From: Takakia lepidozioides
Lineage: Eukaryota > Plantae > Bryophyta
NCBI GenBank assembly: GCA_030704615.1
Contig: CM060733.1
Span: forward strand, 28,830,001-28,894,000
Direction of reading: 5' to 3'
Length of the DNA: 64,000 nt
Part shown: positions 49,757 through 62,369 of the stretch, piece after piece
Position numbering within the stretch: position 1 is the first letter of the stretch
Layout of the letters: each line of letters starts with the position of its first letter
Program-made: the position numbers and the translations under genes
Notes under the pieces: generated by a model
The model's input: only the letters and a program-made list of their open reading frames with translations
What the model was told of the DNA's origin: nothing
The model's database searches: none

Positions 49757-50467
49757 GTCATTACCCACGCTTTCGTGGGCGAAACAAAATGAATTGTGTC
49801 TAGTTTTGCATATTAGTGATTGCTAATGAGCGTCAACACCACATGATTAAATATGCAACAATTAATCAACGAAATTGGTTGATGGAAATAGAGAGCGTGT
49901 TCTTGATGCAATGTAAGGACAAACGCTCGGGCATAGGGGCCAATGCCCCAACTTCGCGTGGCTTGTGCTCACGTGAGCACAAGTTCCACATTTTAGTTTC
50001 ACTAAATCATTTTTGAAGAATATTTTTGGAATATGTGGGCATATCATCTTCTGCTCACGTGAGCAGGCGCATAGAGGTACCCGACCTCCTACATGTTAGG
50101 TAGCCGGTGTGAGGAGCCAGATTACCAGTTGTAATTTGGGCCCTTGAATAGTCGAGCTGCGCGGCGAGAATATTCAGGGCCAAATTACAACCGATAACCT
50201 GACGACTCTCACCAGCCACCTGACATAACTGATTTTACGATGAGTTGAGCCGTTAGATTATTTCAATCTGTTTCGTCCATTCCCTGAAACGCTATGTGCA
50301 TCGTTAGATCAATCGAACCCTTATTTGACTTGACAAGTTAAAACGGTCAATCTACCACTATCTCTTCGACCTTGTTGAATGAGGATTAGCAGTCGCTTTA
50401 TGAGGTCCGCTTTCAGTGGAATCACGTAGTGGGAAGTGTTTGAAGAGTGATGAATATGGGTTATAAC

Positions 50468-50817
50468 CAGTGTTGGGCGGTTTTTGATTTTTTTCATAAC
50501 CTCCGGTTCCGGTTTCTACAAAATCTTAGGATCAAAGATCCTCCAGTTCCGGTTTTTTCAGATATTTTTAATTGAAAGAACCACCGGTTTCGGTTAATTG
50601 TAAGAACCTCAAAGAACCGGCGGTTTTCATCAAATAACCAGCGGGTCTTTGGCGGATCTTTCACGGTTTTCAGGCTGGTTATCTCAAAACTACGTAAGCG
50701 GCAGTTATGATCTTTTGTCGGTTCTTTGGTTTTTTGAGAACCACGGTTATATATCCACATAACCTTCTTGATAACCTCCGGGGGTTTGTAGGTGAATCAA
50801 AGAACCTCCCAACACTG
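50468..50817. mobile_element. hAT-like MITE (350 bp)
   Basis: TIR CAGTGTTGGG/CCCAACACTG; 8-bp TSD GTTATAAC on both sides; repeated CCGGTT. Confidence 0.9.
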
Positions 50818-51659
50818 GTTATAACCAGCGTCCTCAGAGCCAATCATAAAATGACACATTGGCAAGATCACCCATACATATAGTAGGTAGGAAAAATTTG
50901 AAGGGCGAAGAATATGGGTTGTATCCCACGTCCTAAGAGCTAATAAACACTTGACACGTCTGCGAAATTCATCCCACAACCGGTTATGGCAGATGATCCC
51001 TCCAAGCCCACGAGGAGTCGAATTCCTGAAGAAGCTTGAGTCGTCTCTCCTTAGTCTCTCCTCAGAACATCTGCAAAGAGCTGTCCACAGAACACCCGAA
51101 GCTTTTCCTTGAATGTTGGACACACAATGGTACACTAGTGCATCATATCAATTAGCGATTTGTTATGAGTTGGTACAATTGATCCAAATGAGCTATTTTG
51201 GCCAGACCCACTAGAGCATTTAGCTAAACATTTTTGCCCCAGGATTATCACATTGGACTCCTTATTCAGCCATATTTTTAAGACAACAAGATTTGAGAAT
51301 CCTAGTCCGAGTGAAAGATTTCAAAATCCGGGAAAACTCTTCGGCGCAAACTTTATCTCTAGTAGAAAAACTGGCGAACCATAGGACCTCTGTGAGAGGT
51401 TGGGTGGCGCGTGAGCATGCTCATGTGAAGACAAGGGCATATTTCCCGAATTTCCACGAAATTTCTGCAGCAAAACGAAATTGATGAAACTAACAATTTT
51501 GCGAAATTAACATATAAAGAACAAATAGCCCCTATACCTGATGAACATGTTATCTTATAAGCGTGGTTTTTTCTCACGTTGTGCTCACACGATACCATGC
51601 CCTTTTCATAACAGACACGAGAGTGGGTGGTAAGGCATAACCTTAAATTTTAGATCATC

Positions 51660-52430
51660 ACCCATAAATAATTGTTAGACAAGATTTTCGTGTTCAGAAA
51701 CTCTTTTGTTACGGCACAACAGTTCCTATCCCTCAGTTCATATCCCTTCATATTGGTTAAAAGGCAAGGAGGTTTTTGAACACAACCACAGTCAGACAAG
51801 AGTTTCGTGGTAAGAAATTTTTGAGTTACAGTGAAGGAGTTAAAATCCCTCAGTACATATCTCTCCATATTGGTTTAAAAACATTCAGTTTTTGGAACAA
51901 AAACACTTTCAGACAAAAGTTTCGTGTTGAGAAACTCTTATGTAACGGCGAAGCGGTTCAAATCCCTCAGTTCATATCCCTCCATATTGGTTCAAAAGCA
52001 TGCATATTTCAGAACAAAACCATTCTCAGCCAAGAGTTTCATATTGAGAAACGGCGAATGAGTTCAAATCCCTCAGTTCATATCCCTCCATATTGTTTAA
52101 AAAACATGCAAGTTTTTGAACAAAATCACTGTTGGCCATGTTTCGTGTTGAGAAACTCTTTCGTTCCGACAAATGAGTTCAAATTCATCAGTTCATATCC
52201 CTCCATATTGGTTCAAAAGCATCCAATTTTTTGAGAAAAACACTTTTAGACAAGGGTTTCGTGTTGAGAAACCCTTGTACTACGGCAAATGAGTTCAAAT
52301 CCCTTATTTCATATCCCTCCATATTGTTTCAAAGCATAGAGGTTTTTAAACAAAATCATTGTCAGACAACTGTTTCGTGTTGATAAACTCTTTTGTCACT
52401 TCAAAGAGTTCAAATCCCTCCGTTCATATC
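51660..52430 (-). repeat. ~117-bp satellite, ~6.5 units, inverted relative to the 35-kb array
   Basis: Reverse complement of the unit at 34960-35692. Confidence 0.9.
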
Positions 52431-53977
52431 CATCTTCTCCGCAATAGAGGCATAATCCATTCGAGCGTCGTCTTTGTTTTTCTTGTGGCGTCAATGGCTT
52501 GAATCGGACAGTATCAATCTGCATATGATCACTACCGGATGTCTGATGGATCGTTGTGTTTGGTGCCGTAGTAGCAGCAACATGATGCGTCGTCGACCAT
52601 CCAGATCGCTTCTCTTGACGTCTTTCGAACAAACGATTATCGTATGCAATGACTTGGGTGATGAATTCGCTCAGTGTGCTCACGTTTGACATTGTTAGCA
52701 ACAAATCTTTTACAACATCTTTTAGTCCACATCGAAACTGACTAATGAGGCTCTTCTCATTCCAGTCGAGGTCACACGCAAGTTGTCGAAATTCGGCAAC
52801 ATAAACGGAAGCAGGACGTGCTTTTTGTCGAAGATTTCACATTTTTGTCTCTGCAACTCTCTCCCTATCATTTTCTCCAAACGTTGCAGTGAACTCGGAC
52901 ATGAATGCTTCAAAATTGTATAGTAAATGCGATTTTTTTTCTAATAGCGGTGCAAACCAAGATAGGGCAGTGCCTGATAGAAGGGTGCCCACGAATCTCA
53001 CTTAAATACCTTCATCGGGGTAGCGTCATGGATGTAGTCGTAGGAACAGTCGTATTTGTTGAACAAAATCGCGAAGATCTCGTCCCAACAAATTTCTCGG
53101 GCATGCTGATCTTTGGTTCTCTCGTAATCTGTTGAAGGGGAACCGTTGCAATAGGAGCTATTGCAGTAGAGACTCGTATAGTTGAAGATCCATTGTTCGA
53201 CTTCTTTAACACTGAAATTTGTTGTTGCAAATTGTGGAGAACGTTGCTAAGATCTTGAGACTGATCAGCTTGTAATTGGGCGGTAGAGGTACGATGTTCT
53301 TGCATCTGGAGTTGAAGACTCTGCAATGTGGTGACCATTTCCGCAAATGTACCTTCCATTTTAACTAACCAAGGAACAAACTTTAGTCTCGCCAAACTGT
53401 CAAAGACGGTAACATGACTGAACACAAACAAAAGATCAGACTAGAGGTACAAGACTAAACAAGAAGTCAAGGTCGGCATGGCCGAATGCATGGTGGGTAA
53501 ACATGAATCAAGATGATCTTTATAACAATGGACAAGAGTACAAGGTACTAGAACTTGACTCGAATACTGGAATGCTGGAAACTGGACTAGATACTGGAAG
53601 CTGGAATGGAGTACTGGGACTGAGAACAAGAGTAGCTTGTACTTCTGTTGGCGAGACTGAAGAGTATCCAGTCTCGCCTCCTATATATACTGGCTACTAA
53701 GAGGTTCCCTAAGAGGCTTCCCCAAATGAGATTTCTTGATGGAGAAGTTTCCTTAAACAAATGAGGTATCTTGATGGAGACGTTTCCTCCAAAGGAAGCT
53801 TCCTGAGCAGTTTCCCAAGTTACTCTTGATAATTTGGTAAACTCCCGATAACTTGATAACTAATGGTAACTGATGATAAATCATGGTAGATAAATCACGG
53901 TAACTTTTGGTAGCATGACAACTTGATAACTTCTGGAACTTACTCCTGGTAAGTTCCTCTGGGCTATGTCCATGACA
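52430..53977 (-). mobile_element. Family B (Tcn1-like) 5' LTR 53398-53977, PBS and frameshifted gag truncated at the zinc knuckle
   Basis: LTR TG...CA. REPKISMPEKFVGTRS, DHMQID and LTPQEKQRRRSNGLCLYCG are present. Confidence 0.9.
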
Positions 53978-54330
53978 TTTAAATCAATATGGAGCGATAT
54001 GGACCGAGAGATTTGAATTGCTTCGCCATAACAAAAGAGTTTCTCCACACGGAACTCTAGTGTAACAAGGATTGTGTTCAAAATCCTACACACTTTTGAA
54101 GCAATATTGAGGGATATGAACTGAGACATTTGAACTCATTCGTCGTGACAAGAAGAGTTTCTCAACACGAAACACTTGTTTGACAGTGTTCTTATTAAAA
54201 AAACCTGCATACATTTAAACTAATATGGAGGGATATAAACTGAGGGATATAAACTATTCGCCATAACAAAAGAGTTTCTCAACACGAAATTCTAGTCTGA
54301 CAGCGATTGTGTTCAAAAAAACTGCATCCT
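53978..54330 (+). repeat. ~117-bp satellite, ~3 units
   Basis: Same unit as 34960-35692. Confidence 0.9.
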
Positions 54331-56897
54331 TCGGATAAAAGAAGGAGACGAATGGAAAAACAACTTTTCGAATAAGATATGGATATTTTGAATACAGTAT
54401 TATGCCTTTCGGTCTTACAAATGTTCCAGCAATTTTTCAACATATGATGAATGACATCTTTCGAGAACTTTTAGATGACTTTGTGGTCATATATTTGGAC
54501 GACATTTTGAAATTTTCACATAATGAAGAAGAACATGGCCGTCATGTACGCCTTGTCCTTGATAAATTAAGAGGAAGAGGACTTTATGTCAAGTTGGAAA
54601 AATGTTTTTTCCATTAATGTGAGGTCGAATTTATGGGCTACATTATTTCAGACAAATGCGTCTTTATGGATCAGAAGAAAATACAAACCATCATCGAGTG
54701 GATTAAACCAACTTCAGTCCGAGATGTACAATGTTTTCTGGGATTTGCAAATTTCTATAGAATCTTCATCAAGGACTACTCCAAAATTGCTGCACCATTG
54801 ACACGACTCACAGGGAAGGACAAATTTGTATGGGACGAGAAGGCTGACCAGACATTTAAAAGGCTGAAGCAGACATTTACAACGGCTTCAATACTGGTAC
54901 ATGCAGACCCATGTAAACCATTCTTTTTGGAAGCAGATGCATCGAACTTTAAACTTGGCGCGGTACTCTCTCAATACGGTACAGATGGCTGACTCCATCC
55001 TGTTGGATTTCGTTCTCGCAAATTTTCCGTTGCGGAGATCAATTATGAAATCCATGACAAAGAACTTTCAGCGATTATCGATGCTTTTGAGGATTGGCGT
55101 CATCTATTGGAGGGAGCTAAATATCAGGTCACTGTCTATACCGATCATAAAAACCTCGAGTATTTTATGAGTGCTCGTGTTTTGAATTGACGTCAAGCGA
55201 GATGAAGTATGTCACTAGCAAGGTTTGATTTTGTTATTATCTACCGTCCCGGACATCTTCAAGAAAAACCAGATGCTCTTTCTCGACGATCGTATCTTGC
55301 GCCAAAAGAAGGGGATGTAGCTTTTGACCAACAGAAATCCATCATCTTGAAACCAGCAAATCTCCAATTGAATATACTATCCATGTCCACCTATGACGAT
55401 GCAGAGATCATAAAGGAGATTCAGGAAGCACTGAAGAGCGACCAATTTGCTACGATACTACGAAGTCAACTAAATCGACCTCAAGACAACCCACATATTA
55501 CAAACGACTTCGAATTCAAAGATGACTTACTTTATTTCAAGGGACTTCTCTATGTACCTCCAGGACCTACACGACTGCGAATTCTTCAAACATATCATGA
55601 TTTTCTGGCTGTAGGACATTTCGGCTTCAACAAAACAATGGAATTGATATCCAGGGACTATTGGTGGCCGCAGATATGGAAACTCGTGAAAGAATTTATA
55701 AAATCTTGCGACACGTGTGCTAGAGCGAAGGGACCACGACATCGACCTTACGGCCTTCTTCAACCATTACCCATTCCCAATGGTCCATGGTCGTCCGTAT
55801 TTATGGACTTTATTACGGACCTTTCAATTTCCAAGATCACCGATTCAATCCTCGTTATTCTATATCGTTTTACAAATATGGCACATTTCATTCTATGTAA
55901 TAAGACGGTTACCGGCGAGAAAACTCCAAGACTCTTCCTTAATAATATCTACCGCATTCATGGACTCCCGAAGGACATCGTATCTAATCGAGGACCACAG
56001 TTCATATCAAATTTTTGGAAGGGATTATTTCACATATTGGATACTAAGATCAACCTCTCTACATCTAATCATCCACAGACTGATGGTCAAACCAAACGCA
56101 TAAACCAGATTTTGGAGCAGTATCTTCGCTATAAGATAAATTATCACCAAGATAATTCGACGGACCTTCTATCATTGGCTGAGTTTGCCTACAACAACAC
56201 TATATATTCTTCGACCAAGCAAACTCCATTTTTCTCCAATTATGGTCATCATCCTCGAGCAAACCCTTTCCACATGAACACTGTTAGAAACCTTGCTGCA
56301 GAAAACCTTGCTACTCATCTTGCTACGATTCACAAGGAGCTTACATTCCATCTCGCAGAAGCTCAAAAACAATAGAAGGAGTATGCAGATTAACATCGTC
56401 AACTCCAACCCCAGTTCAAGGTCGGAAATCGTATGTGGCTTCTTCGACGGGACATACAAACCTCGCGTCCATCAAGGAAGTTGGATTATCAACGTCTGGG
56501 GCCATTCAAAATTATTCGACAAATAAATCCGGTCAGTTTTCGGCTTGAACTCCCACGAAGTATGTGCATCCATCCAGTCTTTTATGTTTCATTATTGGAC
56601 TTGTATCATCCATCGAATATTCCAGGGAGAGTCTCCGTACCACCTCCACCAATCGAAGTCAATCAGGAAATCGACCGTACCACCTACATTGGAAAGGCTA
56701 CGACATTAGCGAACGAACGTGAGAACTTTCATCCAACCTCGCCAATGCATGTGACAAAGTTCAAGAGTTTCATCAACGATATCCAGCTAAGCCCGGAGCT
56801 ACACGTCAATAAGACGTCACAACGATGATGTTAGCCAAGTTAGCTTCAAGGTGAAGACTTCACATTCAATGTACCTGATACACGCCAAGGAGGGGGG
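54330..56897 (+). mobile_element. Family B pol pseudogene (RT, RNase H, integrase, damaged chromodomain), truncated at both ends
   Basis: [37 protein letters not shown] and LGPF; several stops. Confidence 0.93.
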
Positions 56898-57003
56898 AGC
56901 ACCACACATCAGTATATATAGCTACACTTCCAGCACTCTTGCATCTTGTATTGGCAGCATAGAGTCACATGAACCAGAACATTGAAGTTGTCGCTTACCC
57001 AAC

Positions 57004-59030
57004 TGTCAAGGACGAGAACATGACTGAACACAAACAAGAAATCAGACTAGAGGTACAAGACTAGACAAGATGTCAAGGTGGGCGCGGCCGAGTGCATGGT
57101 GGGTAAACATGAATCAAGATGATCTTTATAACAATGGACAAGAGTACAAGATACTGGAATTCGACTCGAATACTGGAATGTTGAAAACTGGACTGGAATA
57201 CCAGATACTGGAAACTGGACTAGATACTGGAAGCTAGACTGGAGTACTGGGACTGGGAACAAGAGTAGCTTGAATTTCTGTTAGTGAGACTGAAGAGTGT
57301 CCAGTCTCGCCTCCTATATATACTGGCTACTAGGAGGTTCCCTAAGAGGCTTCCACAAATGAGATTTTTTGATGGAGAAGTTTCCTTAAACAAATGAGGT
57401 ATCTTGATGGAGACGTTTCATCCAAATGAAGCTTCCTGAGCAGTTTCCCAAGTTACTCTCGATAATTTGGTAAACTCTCGGTAATTTGGTAACTAATGAT
57501 AATTCATGGTAAATCATGGTAGATCATGGTAGATCACGGTAACTTTTGATAACATGATAACTTGGTAACTTATGGTATTTACTCCTGGTTTTTACTCCTG
57601 GTGAGTTTTTTTGGGCTATGTTCGTGACATCACCCCCTCATCTAGCGCTGAGTTCCTCGAGGAGCTGTAAAATCTTGGACTTGCTTAGAGTTGGAGAACC
57701 TCCCTCCTTAGTGTGTATCAGATACACTGAATGTGGAGTCTTCACCTTGAAGCTAACTTGGCTGACATCGTCGTTGTGACGTCTTATTGACGTGTAGCTC
57801 GGGGCTTAGCTGGATATCGTTGATGAAACTCTTGGACTTTGTCAGATGTATTGGCAAGGTTGGATGAAGGGTCCCACGTTCGTTCGCTAATGTCGTAGCC
57901 GTTCCAATGTACGAAATACTCAAGACGTTTATACTTGATGCGAAAGTCTAGGACTTCGTCGACTTCATACTCAAATTCCTGATTGACTTCGATTGGTGGA
58001 GGTGGTACGGAAACTCTCCCTGGAATATTCGATGGATGATACAAGTCCAATAATGAAATATAAAAGACTGGATGGATGCACATACTTCGTGGGAGTTCAA
58101 GCCAAAAATTGACCGAATTTATTTGTCGAATATTTTTGAATGGTCCCAGGCGTTGATAATCCAACTTCCTTGATGCTCGCGAGGTTTATATGTCCCGTCG
58201 AAGAAGCCACACACGATCTCCGACCTTGAACTAGGGTTGGAGTTGGCGATGTTGATCTGCATACTCCTTCTATTGTTTTTGAGCTTCTGCGAGATGGAAT
58301 GTAAGCTCCTTGTGAATCGTAGCAAGATGAGTAGCAAGGTTTTCTGCAGCAGGGCTTTCAACAGTCTTCAAGTGGAAAATGTTTGCTCGAGGATGATGAC
58401 CATAATTGGAGAAAAATGGAGTTTGCTTGGTCGAAGAATGCATAGTGTTGTTGTAGGCAAACTCAACCAATGTCAAAAGGTGAGTCCAATTATATTGGTG
58501 ATAATTTATCGTACAGCGAAGATACTGCTCCAAAATCTGGTTTATGCGTTTGGTTTGACCATCAATCTATGGATGATTAGCTGTAGAGAGGTTGATCTTA
58601 GTATCCAATATGTGAAATAATCCCTTCCAAAAATTTGATATAAACTGTGGTCCTCGATCAGATACGATGTCCTTCGGGAGTCCATGAATGCGGTAGATAT
58701 TATTAAGGAAGAGTCTTGGAGTTTTCTCGCCGGTAACCGTCTTATTACATGGAATGAAATGTGTCATATTTGTAAAACGATCTACAATAACGAGGATTGA
58801 ATCGGTGATCTTGGAAATTGAAAGGTCCGTAATAAAGTCCATAGACACGGACGACCATGGACCATTGGGAATGGGTAATGGTTGAAAAAGGCCGTAAGGT
58901 CGATGTCGTGGTCCCTTCACTCTAGCACATGTGTCGCAAGATTTTATAAATTCTTTCACGAGTTTCCATATTTGCGGCAACCAATAGTCCCTGGATATCA
59001 ATTCCATTGTTTTGTTGAAACCGAAATGTA
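57004..59030 (-). mobile_element. Family B 3' part: integrase, chromodomain, PPT and 3' LTR (57004-57629)
   Basis: EYEVDEVLDFR...YFVHWNGYDISERTWDP...FHQRYPAKP chromodomain; PPT GAGGGGGTGA; LTR colinear with 53398-53977. Confidence 0.93.
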
Positions 59031-59689
59031 ACTCAGTTTTAACTAATTCCGGACTTTGAAGAAGTCCGGATTTAATGAAAATACGGATCTATTTACTAAA
59101 TACATAATAAAATATAATACATATACACCTATATATAATAATATCATTTTAATTTAAGTATTTAAATTAATACTGAAAACCATTTTTATATTCAATTTCC
59201 ACTTTGAATGTGAATACAAACTTGTTCATATCACTCTTTTGTAGAAAACATTACTACAATTTTAGTTTTTCCACTTTAAGTGGCGAAAGATATTGGCATC
59301 AACGCATTGTCGTTTATATATGGATTTATCGACTTCAGGATTGAACTCAAAGTATTGATTCACATCTACATATACATATAATGACATATCAATATATGAA
59401 GCGAGACGTTTGTTTTGTTTTGTAGCGTCGTTGAGATCTCCCAAACCGCGGGGCCCCAACGCAAGTGCTTGGTGCCGTTGGAAAGCCCTCGATGTGGAAT
59501 TTCAAGTACTTTTGGTCGCTGAAAATTTGTGAAAAAATAGCAAAGTGGGCTTTCATGGGACAATGATTGGAGCATCGACATCAAGGGAAAGGTCTCCGGT
59601 CCAAATCTGGTTGTAGGCTTTGTGGAAAAGAAATGCATTTGGACTTAGATGGAAATGATTGGAGCCTCGAGGGGAGATATATCAATAAT

Positions 59690-60230
59690 GAATTGGGCCT
59701 TGACATTGGAGACGTACTGGGATACATAGGAAATTGCATTCGGGGCTTAGATGACACTAGACACTTGGGCCTCTACATGGGAGATGCACTTGGATACATG
59801 AATTGAAGATTGCACTTGGGCTTAGATAGGCCTCGACAGAGGAGACACACTTGGATACATAGGAAATTGCATTCGGTCTTGGATTTCAAATCTTCACACA
59901 TGGGCCAACGGCACAAGCTACACTAAAGGTCGCACTTGGGCCTCGACATAGGAGACGCACTAGGATACATAGGAAATTGCACTCGGTTTTGTGTTTCAAT
60001 TCTTCAAACATGGGCCGATGGCATAGGCTATCCTAGAGGTCGCACTTGGGCCTCGACATAGGAAACGCACTGGGATATATAGGAGATCTTGCACTTGGGC
60101 TTAGATGACACAAGACACTTGGGCCAACGACACAAGCTATCCCAGAGGTCGCATCCGGGGTTGGACATAGGAGACGCATTTGGATACATAAGGGACTTAG
60201 ATGACACTGGACACTTGGGCCAACGGCTGC
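59690..60230. repeat. Modular degenerate tandem repeat with a 21-bp core
   Basis: ACATAGGAGACGCAC(T/A)GGAT-like and CACTTGGGCC modules recur many times. Confidence 0.75.
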
Positions 60231-60828
60231 CCTAGTCTTTCTTGAATATGACATTTTGTTGATCCAAAGTACCAGATAGAAAAAATATATCCATATATTA
60301 CCAAAAATATATTATTCAAAAAAATGAATCCATGTCTGATACTGACACATTGTGTTTTGTACCATGTAATGATATGTACGAATGAACATCATACTACAAG
60401 ACATTTTAGCGTTGAGACGAATATCCAAAAGAAGCTGAAGATGATTCGTTTGCAAAACGACTACCTTGCAAGAGAGGCATAACTCTACGTCGTCGTTTAC
60501 TTATACTATGTTTCATTGTCTTCTTGGTGTGCAGACGGTTCAAAATAATCTAGACATGACTCTCAATACCAGTGGACATGGTTCTATTCTCGCTGTGGTT
60601 GAACATATCATCGGAATTCACGCTCGCAACCACACTGCCTGGCGTTGAAGATCCAGATTTGCGGGACTCTGATTCCAACAGTCGAGTTGAGGCCTTCTCT
60701 TGTCGAATTATATTTCGCAACTCCTCCTCATGATTCACTGAACAAAAAGTACACAATGAGACACTTCGAAATCCATGCCGAAGTACCATGGAGCCACGGG
60801 TGAACAACAATTTAGAAAATTAAAATAA

Positions 60829-61608
60829 TTAAAAAAAATTGTCAAGATAATTAGGTTGAAGAAGGCGAGGGTGACGAATAGATGGATCAACATATCTCCC
60901 GAACCAAGACCAATGCGGATGGTCACGTCTGATGGAAGGTCGTGTTCTCTTTACACAGTTTTCACTGACATAGTCCACCACACTAGAGGCTCCAATCATC
61001 TTGTGCATGAACAGCCAAACCGTTATCACCATATCACTCACGTTTTGGTCCATAGAGGCATTTTTTCTTGAAGATAAAACCTTGAAAGGAAGAGGGAAAA
61101 ACCCTGTATTCTCTGGGTTCCTTAGTGCTTTGGAAGGCTCTTCATCAACTAAGAGAATCTGACCTTGTTTTGCGAATGACTTGTCTGCAAACTTTATTAA
61201 AACTTTGTCAATATCTTTGAGCACGTACTTCATTTCATACTTGATATAGCCAGACGTAATTGTACAGTGCTCAGCCGACCAAATGAAACAAAATTGTTTC
61301 ATGATCTCCGGTGAAACAAAAACCTCCAGCATTCTGAAAACAACATCTTTTTGGGCGCATGACCAAATAGCGACATGAAAATTTGTCGTCAACAACTTCA
61401 AAAATTCAATCACACTTGGACGAGGAATTACAAATGGTGTCTCTGGCACTTGAAGTTTTATGCGTCGTCCGGGATATTTAGCTCTCAACAACTCCGTCCC
61501 ACTTGGAGGGGGTCTGAAGCACAAAAGACCGTTGACGCTTAATATGACAAGCATTCGTTTTTTCTGACCCGAGATGATTTGGGTGTTTACGCTCTTAGAG
61601 GTGGTCAC
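60829..61608 (-). CDS. FCP1/NIF (HAD) phosphatase-homology domain exon, catalytic Asp replaced; probably a 3' exon of a longer gene
   Basis: KRMLVILSVNGLL, RPSVIEFL, FHVAIWS, FIWSAEHC, LKDIDKV, LLVDEEPSKALRNP. Acceptor tttctag| at 61609. Confidence 0.75.
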   Translation of the reverse strand: MTTSKSVNTQIISGQKKRMLVILSVNGLLCFRPPPSGTELLRAKYPGRRIKLQVPETPFVIPRPSVIEFLKLLTTNFHVAIWSCAQKDVVFRMLEVFVSPEIMKQFCFIWSAEHCTITSGYIKYEMKYVLKDIDKVLIKFADKSFAKQGQILLVDEEPSKALRNPENTGFFPLPFKVLSSRKNASMDQNVSDMVITVWLFMHKMIGASSVVDYVSENCVKRTRPSIRRDHPHWSWFGRYVDPSIRHPRLLQPNYLDNFF

Positions 61609-62369
61609 CTAGAAATAAAAATGAAATATCATTAGTACTGCTAAAGAACAGAACATAAAATAAAAATTCACAAAAGAAAGATCACTTCGGACCATATGTC
61701 GAAGTGCATTGGGTATCTTTAAGAGAGAGGCCTCATTGGCTAGTAACATAGTTCATCTTCTGGCAACAACATCAAAAGACATAACCAGTGCAACGCCGAA
61801 AAGAAAAGAACTCATATTCTTCAACAAAACATATAAAGATAACAAGAAATGAGAATAAATATTTGATACCATTTTAGGCAAATCGCTTAAAGACTTCTTT
61901 TTGAGGCTTTGTGAGTCTTTTTTAGTTTTTTTGCATATTGGGAGCTACAATGAGGACGACAAATCAGCTTCTCGACCTCCATCAGCGGTCGAACACTTCA
62001 ATTTTGATCTTGGGGAAATATGCCATTTATCTTGAGAGATATCCGTTTTCTCACTTGCATTCGATAACTCGGATCCTGTCGATCTACGAACCGAATTGGA
62101 GAATCTTTGAATGGAGATTCCACCAGTATTTTTTGTTGCGGACCTCACTTTGCATGGTATTTTCTCAGATTGAGAGGATGTTGTAACAAAAGAGCTTTCC
62201 TTATGTAGATCTGAAGTTATCCCTCTTGAGACCACAAAACAATCAAACGAATGCTCGGACATGCTCGGCTCAACTGAAACATATACAAGGTCTTGCTCGC
62301 AAAATGAAGTTTTAGTACATTTACCAAAAACATAATGAACAAACATAAAATCACATTATAGTAACTTAC

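Noticed and set aside
53398-57629. Intact LTR-pol-LTR element
   Set aside because: Both LTRs belong to minus-strand elements whose internal parts lie outside this interval. The enclosed pol is on the plus strand.
59048-59070. TCCGGACTT...AAGTCCGGA hairpin as a Helitron 3' end
   Set aside because: There is no CTRR terminus at the expected distance on either strand.
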